DNA from: Octopus vulgaris
Lineage: Eukaryota
Assembly (NCBI GenBank): GCA_951406725.2
Contig: OX597819.1
Location: 17,174,001 to 17,238,000, forward strand
Length of the DNA stretch: 64,000 nt
Direction of reading: 5' to 3'
Under the pieces are notes generated by a model that ran no database searches, had not been told where the DNA came from, and worked only from the letters and a program-made list of their open reading frames with translations. The first letter of the stretch is position 1. The number at the start of each line of letters is the position of its first letter. Positions 54,493-64,000 of this stretch are shown in pieces. The position numbers and the translations under genes were made by a program.

Positions 54493-54495
<3 letters not shown>
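53620..54495 (+). mobile_element. Two related repeat termini ending in (TA)-rich tracts
   Basis: CGTCCTTGTTT..TATCGTCT.TCTGGATGTTTTG..TTTTTGTATTTT at ~53668 and ~54414. Confidence 0.5.
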
Positions 54496-54529
<34 letters not shown>

Positions 54530-55842
54530 GTATATTTGTGCCAGCTAATGTGCATATTCCAAGAAAATGAAACTTATAGAGACCCCCATACAGTAATATT
54601 TAAAGTAGTTTGGCCATCGATGCTCACCTGACAGATTAGCTCTAATATACCCATGTGAAATACAGGCCTGCATTCTATTGCTCACCTTGTTCATAAAACT
54701 CTAAGATTACCTTTTTGCAAGAACAGAAAATCTTTGTCAAAAACAGAACTCTTTGGATTTTAGAAATGCTGATAACGCATTTGTGACATTCGCGGTCTTT
54801 GGCAAATTGAAAAGAAATCTACTGAATAGTTTGATGAAGTATTTAAATGTTTGGAGCATGAAAATAAGTGATGAGAAGCTTAAGATCCTGTCTCCTCGAG
54901 TAGAGATAATCCCAATGAATGTTCCAGAAGTTGCATACGTCAAAGGGTTTGTGATTCTCTGCAGTATACAATGGAATTGATCAAAAGGCATCAAAAGGGA
55001 ATCTTCATACCATCTAAAGCGTTTGGAAGATTAACAAACGTGACCCAGAACTGGTTGGATATTATCGACCAATCATAACAGATATGCTACGGACCATATT
55101 ATAGACCGTGTTTGCAGTCTAAGCATAAAGAAGGTCCTTAATATCACTGCAAGTTATGTGTAAGGATTTTCTCTTGCGAACACACACTGTTATCAATGTG
55201 AACATTCGACCCTGCAGTAAGATGGCCACCCGATAACTAAGTATCACTGGTGTTCCACATAAATTTCCCTCACACGTGATCACATTTTAGACCTCTTCTG
55301 AGGTAGACTTCTCAGATCCGTGATGATAATCGGTCACCATAAGCGTATGAATGGACAGAAAAACGGTGAGGGGAGGAAGAAGGAGAGAGTGTATGGGTGA
55401 AAAAGATGAATGAGTGTTGATGCTTCGTCGGATAGTCAATCGATTGTTAATAGCAGCAATGAAGCTGAGTTGAAGCAGAACAAGTCTTGTTCAAGACAAC
55501 CCCCCAAAACTGGAACACTACGATGCTGTATTATTTCAAAGACTTTGAGATGAATTAAATTGGTAGACTCCAGTCTGTTTTCTCTAAAACGAGACCAAAG
55601 GTGGACCAGTTTTCCTTATGTACAGTCAACCAGTTTTGGCATTTGGCGTCGTAAAATATCACTTTTTAGAATAAAGGTGAAGTGATCCATGATTTTGAAA
55701 GAAAAGCCTGTTATAGATAAAGTGGCGAAGTCCTGGTTAAAGGGAAATTTATTGCAATGGAAGGACAAAAAATGTATCGAGGTTGAGTGTGGATTGGGGC
55801 GAAAGAACTGTAAGAAACTCTTCCACGTTCTGGTCGCATCTG

Positions 55843-55886
<44 letters not shown>

Positions 55887-56174
55887 ATTCGGGTCGACTT
55901 ATAAAAAAGGTTATGTGTTAGGATCGTGTTGTTGAGAGTTCGAGTGAGAAAAGGAAAGGTGGTCGGTGATGGGGCTAGGGCGGGGCCTAACTTTGAGTGG
56001 CACCGACAGCTGAATAGAGGTGACTGCATTGAAGTATAGCATGTGGTATGATGAGATATATGTCTATACTTGTCTACCTACACCACACTTAATTTTCTCT
56101 TGCATTACTAAATCTACCAAGAGAATACCCTGCCAAAAACATTTCATACATATCTTGAAAGACCAAAGTAAACT

Positions 56175-56218
56175 ACGGTCTGATGAGGGGAATATAGCAA
56201 CACATTCGAAGTTACCGT
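56175..56218 (+). ncRNA. Degenerate hammerhead-like motif
   Basis: ACGGT-CTGATGA-GGGGAAT..ATTC-GAA(AC deleted)GTT-ACCGT. Confidence 0.5.
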
Positions 56219-57033
56219 CAACAATTTTGCTGTTAAACTTAATAAGTACGCCCTCTGTAACATATATTGAGTGATCCTTCAATTATAATTTCAACGTATA
56301 ATTTCACATTAAAAAACAAACCTCAATTTGATGTGTCGGTTCTGATGTGAGCGCTTTCCTAACATTGATTGAAAACACGAAAAGACGCAGCAACACCCAT
56401 TTTCGCGTGAAGACTACACCGAGAACTATCTGTCTGCACCAAGTTTAATTTTCAGTTACTCAACCTAACAAAGAAACAACCTACCATACCATAAACAAAA
56501 GCAACAAAAACAAAAAAAAAAAAAGAAGCTTGAAAGACGAAAATAGATCAGAGCCAAATGACCGTTATAACGGAAACTTAGAGGTCACTATCAAACAATT
56601 TTCGTGTAAAAATTGAGGCATGCACGCACGCACAGACACATTCACACACACATGCACAGACACGCACTCACACACACACACACGCAAATATGTTCTGGCA
56701 TATTCTGAAGCGTGTTGGAAATAGTGGGGAAAACTAGAAGTGCTCCAGATGTACGTATATATCTATGTATGTATGTACATTCTCTCTCACACATACATAC
56801 CGGTATATAAATGCATGCATATATATATGTGAGTGTGTATGTGCGTGTGTGTTCGCGTGCGTATGCATGTGCATCAATACGAAGGATCGTTGTGAAGCAT
56901 CGTTTGTTTAACAGTACATCGGAGGTATTTGTAAGTGCGATAAAAATACAAGAAGGTCGTTAATAGTATCATGAAGAACGTGAAGAGTAACAACAGCAAC
57001 AACATGATTAAATAACACTAGCTCTGCGCGCGT

Positions 57034-57083
<50 letters not shown>

Positions 57084-57200
57084 ACAGCTTAAAGGATGTA
57101 GCAATAACCAGTATCGTAGGTTGATATCAGTAAGGTATCCGAACAGCAAATATGTGTGCATATGCACATATATTCATACATTCATATATACATGCTTTAT

Positions 57201-57234
<34 letters not shown>

Positions 57235-57242
57235 TGATGATG

Positions 57243-57297
<55 letters not shown>

Positions 57298-57305
57298 TGA
57301 TGATG

Positions 57306-57369
<64 letters not shown>

Positions 57370-57399
57370 TAATAATCAATAATAATAACAATAATAATC

Positions 57400-57565
57400 A
57401 TAAAAGATTTATTGCAAAAGTTGGCATTACTTGTAACTACGCATATTGAGTAAAGTACTGTCTGTCTGAGGACCTTGTTGTGACTTGACAAACAGTACAA
57501 ACCCCCCAACAGACACAATATCTTCAATCAACAACCTCACGATATTGTATACCGTGCGACATCGA
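57400..57565 (+). mobile_element. R4/Dong-type LINE extreme 3' end (family 1)
   Basis: LLQKLALLVTTHI(fs)SKVL resembles the conserved LQKxALLGTAHILRKVL terminus; short UTR then (AAT)n. Confidence 0.65.
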
Positions 57566-57588
57566 TAATAATAATAATAATAATGATA

Positions 57589-57658
<70 letters not shown>

Positions 57659-57675
57659 TAATAATAATAATGATG

Positions 57676-57739
<64 letters not shown>

Positions 57740-57747
57740 TGATAATA

Positions 57748-58073
57748 AAAGAAATGGAGAAAACTTTTCAAAATACAAAGACCTGGAAATAGAGGTAACC
57801 AGAATGTGGAATCTAAAAACAGAAACAATTCCTATCATAGTAGGTGCATTAGGCATGATAAAAAACATTCAGACAAATACATAACAAAAACACCAGGACT
57901 TACAAACACATATAACATACAGAAAATTGCACTACGAGGCACTGCACACATCCCACGCAGAACACTTTCCATACAGTAATCATCAGAGCATCACAACAAA
58001 TCACAGCACATAACCAAGGCACACAGAGCTGCACTCGGTAGTGAAGTGAAAGCACGCTATAAAAATAAAACTA

Positions 58074-58077
<4 letters not shown>
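57748..58077 (+). mobile_element. R4/Dong-type LINE 3' end (family 2)
   Basis: KEMEK(fs)SKYKDLEIEVTRMWNLKTETIPIIVGALGMIK(fs)..NIQKIALRGTAHIPRRTLSIQ*; UTR ends in (AAT)n. Confidence 0.9.
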
Positions 58078-58168
<91 letters not shown>

Positions 58169-58181
58169 CAATAATAATAAT

Positions 58182-59351
58182 GATTTTATTTATTTACCAC
58201 AAGAACGAAGGATGAGGGGGAAAATACAGAGACAGACAAAGTGTGGGGTTTACATATAAATGATAAAAAAATAATAATAAATAAACTATACTCGGTATAC
58301 GGTGGAAAAGAAGGGACATATGCATAGCATACAAAGGTTTAAAAAAAGGGGGTAGGATGATAGAGATGTGACCCTCCTGATACAGGAACGCCTCTAGGGA
58401 TAATCGAAGAACCCCACTGTCCGTGATTTCCCTGAAACCCCATGAGCAAGCGCCCTCTCCAATTCCTTCTTCCCGACTCACAGGTCTACACTTAGAGAGG
58501 ACCATCCACTTTTGCCATTTTCGCAGCTTAACACAAACACCCACCTTTCAATAAACTCACTTGAGGACAGCTCTTCTCTCTTCACTCTCAATTTCCTTTT
58601 CGAGTGAAACTTGAAAAAGTCAATGAGTGTTCTACCAAAGAGGAATGTATCTGTCCTCATGCATTTCGTCCTTATCCATCAAACAACCTCTTTCGAAACA
58701 GCCACCAGGCAAGGGAAGACTACCTTGCCTGCCCGATTGAAGGACGGCAGTGGTGTAATCATCACCACAGACTCGGCCGACAGACGGATCTGTCCCACAC
58801 AGGACAACAAGTCAGCAATGCCCGGAAACTGAATGAAAGAGTGCAGAACGGTTTCGTCACTCTGCGCGCACCTCGGACAAGTCCCTCTATCAGCACATCA
58901 GTACCTGTAGAGTTTATCTCGAATCGGTAGCGACCCCTGGTAGCACTGTCAGGCCAAGGACATCTGGAAATTATCCATGATAGTTCCCGACCGGAAAGTC
59001 CTCTGGAACAGCCTAGGCAGTTCGTTTTCGTTGGAGACCAAGAACATCCTCGAACTTTCCCGCCACTAATCTATAAATTTCTAAAGTAGAACATCCACAG
59101 ATCCCATTGCCCGGCTGGTAGAGGATCGTGAGCACTTGACTACATTCTAGGCGCCAGGCGCTCAGTCTCGGTCTTTTTCTTCACCTAGGATTGCAGCTCC
59201 GTCAAGGAGACGAGCTGCGGAAAGACGAGCCTTACAAACGGAGCCCACACACGCTCACCGTCCAGAAATCGTTGCATGTGGCGTAACCTAAGCGCGTGAC
59301 TGCGCATTAGGAGCCACGGCATACCTAATCCGCCACTCAGAATATGCTGGC
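58182..59351 (-). mobile_element. Tx1/L1-type LINE, 5'-truncated, ORF2 C-terminus plus 3' UTR
   Basis: GGLGMPWLLMRSHALRLRHMQRFL..., LPIRDKLYRY..TCPRCAQSDETVLHSFIQ (zf-RVT-like), FFKFHSKRKLRVKRE..FIERW; tail runs into (ATT)n. Confidence 0.88.
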
Positions 59352-59439
<88 letters not shown>

Positions 59440-59471
59440 TGATAACAACAACAACAACAACAATAATAATC

Positions 59472-59684
59472 CCTTCTACTATAGGCGCAAGGCCTGGATT
59501 TTGTGGTGAGTTGGACAGTCGATCATAACAATCCTAGTACTCAAATGGTACTTGATTTATCGACCCAGAAAAGATGAAAGGCAATGTCAACCTCGGCTGA
59601 ATTTGAACTCAGAACGTAAAGACGGTCGAAATGCCGCTAAACATTTTATTCCGGTGTGCTAACGAGTCTGCCAGCTCGCCACCT
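59472..59684 (-). mobile_element. SINE family A, diverged
   Basis: Reverse-complement core and head (CTGCCAGCTCGCCACC). Confidence 0.85.
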
Positions 59685-59842
59685 TTAGAAAGCTATGAAT
59701 ATTAGCATGCAACTGTGGGTTTGAAAATCCAATATTTATATATTATTTATAGCTTTATATGTTTGCTTCGAGATACTATAAAAATTACGTCTACAAGGTA
59801 GATATGGAAACATACTAATGTTCGTCTTAGATTCATTTTCAT

Positions 59843-60006
59843 ATAGGCGCAGGAGTGGCTGTGTGGTAAGCAGCTTGCTTACCAGCCTCAATGTTCCGGG
59901 TTCAGTCCCAGTGCGTGGCACCTTCGATAAGTGTCTTCTACTACAGCCTCGGGCGGACCAAGGCCATGTGATTGGATTTGGTAGACGGAAACTGAAAGAA
60001 GCCCGT

Positions 60007-60053
<47 letters not shown>

Positions 60054-60087
60054 GTGTTTTCTCTTTGTGTTTTCATGTTTGGATTAA

Positions 60088-60133
<46 letters not shown>

Positions 60134-60355
60134 CATAGTTATATGTTTCTGTGTCTGTGTTTGTGCCCCCACCATCGCTTGACAACCGATGTTGGTATGT
60201 TTGCGCCCCTGTAACTTAGCGGTTTGGCAAAAGACACTGATAGAATAAGTACCAGGCCTTACAAACAATATGTCCTGGGGTCGATTTGTTCGACTAAAAG
60301 TGGTGCTCCAGCCTGGCCGCAGTCAAATATCTGAAACCAATAAAAGAGTAAAAAA
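59843..60355 (+). mobile_element. SINE family B with internal microsatellite and small insert
   Basis: Head, (CA)n/(TA)n, and tail all present. Confidence 0.9.
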
Positions 60356-60639
60356 AAAGTCCGTGTTGATCCATATATTAGGACTCAACTCGGTGTGGTG
60401 TGGCACTGCAGTTAGGTAACATCGTGGGACAGGGTTGCAGAATGGTAGAATATTACTGGTACAGTGGTAGAAAGATGTCACGGTGGTTCATCTCGTTGTT
60501 GTTTTTGTTGTTTAGTCCCAAGTTGTCCCTCTCTGAGCAGAATTAAAACGAAATGCACTCTGTGTCGATCAACAGCCCGTATTGTTCATGCATAGTGTAT
60601 CTAGGATCCTATTATCCAGTGTGCTTTTCGCTTTCTTGG

Positions 60640-61026
60640 ATGGAAGCACTCCGTCGGTTACGACGACGAGGGTTCCGGTTGATCTGAATCAACGGAACAG
60701 CCTGCTCGTGAAATTAACGTGTAAGTGGCTGAGCACTCCACAGACACGTGCATCCTTAACGCAGTTCTCGGGGATATTCAGCGTGACACAGAGAGTGACA
60801 AGGCCGACCCTTTGAAAATACAGGTACAATAGAAATAGGAAGTAAGAGTGAGAGAAAGTTGTGGTGAAAGAGTACAGCAGGGATCACCACCATCCCCTGC
60901 CGGAGACTCGTGGAGCTTTTATGTGTTTTCGCTCAATAAACACTCACAACGCCCGGTCTGGGAATCGAAACCGCGATCCTACGACCGCGAGTCCGCTGCC
61001 CTAACCACTGGGCCATTGCGCCTCCA
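60640..61026 (-). mobile_element. SINE family C, full length, TSD TTTCGCTTTCTT
   Basis: Near-identical to the 49709 copy. Confidence 0.95.
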
Positions 61027-62402
61027 CTTTCGCTTTCTTACATACTGATGAACGAGAGATTTGGCTATTAAATGTAGCCGGTCGAGCGATTACATACAGT
61101 CTCGTTCATTGATACGTAAGAGAAACCGATTGCGTGACAGCTCTGAACCCTGTATCGTCTGCATGGTAGTGTGTGTGGTGGTAGTGTGAGGTCAAAGGTT
61201 AATTGATAAATGGGGTAGTAGTGTGAGGATACGTTGTGTTATGTGGTGGTTTTCAATAATGACCTGCCGTTGTTGTTGTCGTTGTTGTTGTTTGGTCTCC
61301 AGGTCAATTCTGATCGTTTAGATGATCTACAATAGGATGCATTCCAGTCGTGATCATTCCGTTTTTTTTTCTATGTACAGGGAAATTAGACAGCATGACC
61401 CTTATTTTGTCCTTTTCTAAGACGAATTCGAAGGCGACTTAGCTGCTACTTCCAGCTCGTCGAGCCACACCGTGTGATAACAGCTGGCTCAAGCGATCTC
61501 TTTTATAATTGTATTCCAGGTTTTCAGAACTCTTTCTTATCGAGAAGCTCATGGATCATCTGTACTTTCTTTGAGGGCTCCAGATTAAAATCTGCTGGAG
61601 TAGGGAGTTTGCCTCGTTGTCTCTTGGCTTTCTCGGTGCTGTGGGAGCAAGCTGTGGTAAATATGTTGCAGATTTTGTTGCTGTTTGGTTCCAAGCTAGC
61701 CCTGAACGAGGTAATATGTAATCAAAGATATTCCGGCGTGTCTGGGGGAATATTGAAATCTGGTGAGGTCCATCTCTCTCCAGGTATGAACACAGCCGGA
61801 TTCTTCCAGAGAGAAGAGCAAGGACGTAAAGAGAGAGAGAGAGAGAGAAAGAGACAAAGAGACGGAATAAATAGTCGTAGTCGTAGTAGCAGTGGTGATG
61901 ATGGTGGTAGTGGTGGTGGTGATGGTGGTGGTGGTAGTGGTGGTGGCGGTGGCGGTGGTGGTGGTGGTAGTAGTACTAGTAGCGCAAGAAGGGACCCCAG
62001 GACTGAGTTGGCATTTTTATCGATTTCCAAGGAATGAAAAGTAAAGTTAACCTCAGAGGGATTTGAAGTTAGAGGGCAAAGAGGTGGAACGAATACCACA
62101 AGGTATTCAACCCGATATTCGTAGCGACTCTACCATCATGCCACCATTTGTGTGTGTGTATGTGTGTGTGTGTGCGAGTGAGAAAGTGATGGTGTGTTTG
62201 TGTGTTATTATGCAGGTGGAATTATGCGCAGTTTGGTCATGTGATAGTATCTCGTAGTTGTGTGGTGGTGGTGGTGGATGGTATGATGATGGTGCTTATA
62301 ATCTGAGATGGTTTGATGTATATAATGTGATGGTATGTTGGTGTGCTGGAGATTATTAATGTTGGAACTGTTGCCATCGCACAGAAAGATATATGTTGGA
62401 GT

Positions 62403-62439
<37 letters not shown>

Positions 62440-62759
62440 TGGGGTGGAGGAAGCGGCGAGGAGGCAACAACAATTTCGGGTGGAACAAGGTATATCTTGT
62501 GCAGAGTAGGTGGCGATGGTGGGGGTTCGTGGGAGAGAGGCTGAGAGGATGTAAAGGAAATAGATCTGAGAGGATGGGATAAGTAGAGATGCTGAGCAGC
62601 TTGATGGAAGATAAACATAGACAAAAGAGGAAACAATAGAACGATGTCTGAGAAGGTGGCTTTATGATCGAGTGGAGAGGATACGTAGGTATATAATATA
62701 CCTATGTGTATGTATATATTATATATGTATATATATATATATGTTTGCCTCTGTGCGCA

Positions 62760-62790
<31 letters not shown>

Positions 62791-62964
62791 CTATTAGATG
62801 TATGTGATTGCACACGTATACAAGCAGAGGAGGATGAAAGAGTGCGTGTGTATGTACGTAAATACTTATATACATATATGCACATACATGTGCGTGTATA
62901 TATATGTATATAATGTACCTGCATGTTTGTGGCATTATGCACGTGATATGTGTATATGTATTTA

Positions 62965-63001
<37 letters not shown>

Positions 63002-63027
63002 GCACCAGATATGTGTATATGTATTTA

Positions 63028-63068
<41 letters not shown>

Positions 63069-63078
63069 GACGCACAGA

Positions 63079-63113
<35 letters not shown>

Positions 63114-63115
<2 letters not shown>

Positions 63116-63282
63116 CGCAGGAGTGGCTGTGTGGTAAGTAGCTTGTTTACCAACCACATGGTTCCGGATTCAGTCCCACTGCGCGGTGGCACCTTGGGCA
63201 AGTGTCTTCTACTATAGCCTCGGGCCGACCAAAGCCTTGTGAGTGAATTTGGTAGACGGAAATTGAAAAGAAACCCGTTGTA

Positions 63283-63346
<64 letters not shown>

Positions 63347-63560
63347 TGTGTGTGTCTGTGTTTGTCTCCTAGCATTGCTTGACAACCGATGCTGGTGTGT
63401 TTATGTCTCCGTTACTTAGCGGTTCGGCAAAAGAAACCGATAGAATAAGTACTGGGCTTACAAAAGAATAAGTCCCGGGGTCGAGTTGCTCGATTAAAGG
63501 CGGTGCTCGCAGGGCCGCAGTCAAATGACTGAAACATGTAAAAGAGAAAGAGTAAGAGAA
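63114..63560 (+). mobile_element. SINE family B, full length
   Basis: Head, internal (TA)n(TG)n, tail. Confidence 0.93.
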
Positions 63561-63584
63561 TATATATATGCAGACACAGAAGAT

Positions 63585-63865
63585 CTTCGTCGGTTACGAC
63601 GACGAGGGTCCCAGCTGATCTGATCAACGGAACAGCCTGCTCGTGAAATTAACGTGCAAGTGGTTGAGCACTCCACGGACACGTGTACCCTAAACATAGT
63701 TTTCAGGGAGATTCAGAGTGACATAGAGTCTGAAAAGGTTGGCTGAGTGGACTAGAGCAACGGGAAATAAAGTGTCTTGCTCAAGGACACAGCGCGTCAC
63801 CGGGAATTAAACTCACGAGCTTACGATCGAGAGCCGAATATCCAAGCCACTAAGCCACGTGCCTG
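63585..63865 (-). mobile_element. SINE C 3' fragment joined to a SINE D head
   Basis: CGTCGGTTACGACGACGAGGG...(C), then GAGCAACGGGAAATAAAGTGTCTTGCTCAAGGACAC (D). Confidence 0.75.
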
Positions 63866-64000
63866 TGTATGTGTGTGAGTGTGTATGTGCGTGTGCGCGC
63901 GGCCATGTACCCATCAGCATATTTTACTGAGTATATTTTGGAAATAACGTAGACTGTACCAGCCAAATTCGACCTTGATTGATCATGATGTCGAGGTTTA

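Larger units (their letters stand above)
57203..59470. repeat. (AAT)n array broken by three LINE insertions
   Basis: (AAT)n blocks at ~57203-57398, 57566-57747, 58077-58180 and 59352-59470. Confidence 0.92.

Noticed and set aside
54753-54980. ORF with AFVTFAVFGKLKRNL, weakly like RTE post-RT region
   Set aside because: No flanking RT motifs recognisable

Overview
Repeat-saturated, AT-rich eukaryotic (intronic or intergenic) DNA. The microsatellite load and the recurring tRNA-headed SINE families point to an octopod cephalopod; this is an inference. No host protein-coding gene can be supported, and nearly all ORFs in the track are translations of microsatellites. The window contains: at least five SINE-like families, several with clean TSDs; 3' fragments of RTE, R4/Dong-type (RLE) and Tx1-type LINEs sitting in specific microsatellites; Penelope-like (PLE) RT and GIY-YIG remnants; two Tc1/mariner relics; two non-autonomous Helitrons; and several TIR/foldback elements. 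The most notable hidden signal is about nine minimal type-I hammerhead-ribozyme-like motifs with palindromic stem III and variant cores, mostly in PLE-derived termini next to (TA)n, including inverted pairs that place a copy on each strand. Also notable are a perfect 120-bp direct repeat abutting a LINE 3' end (candidate very long TSD) and an (AAT)n array holding three independent LINE ends.
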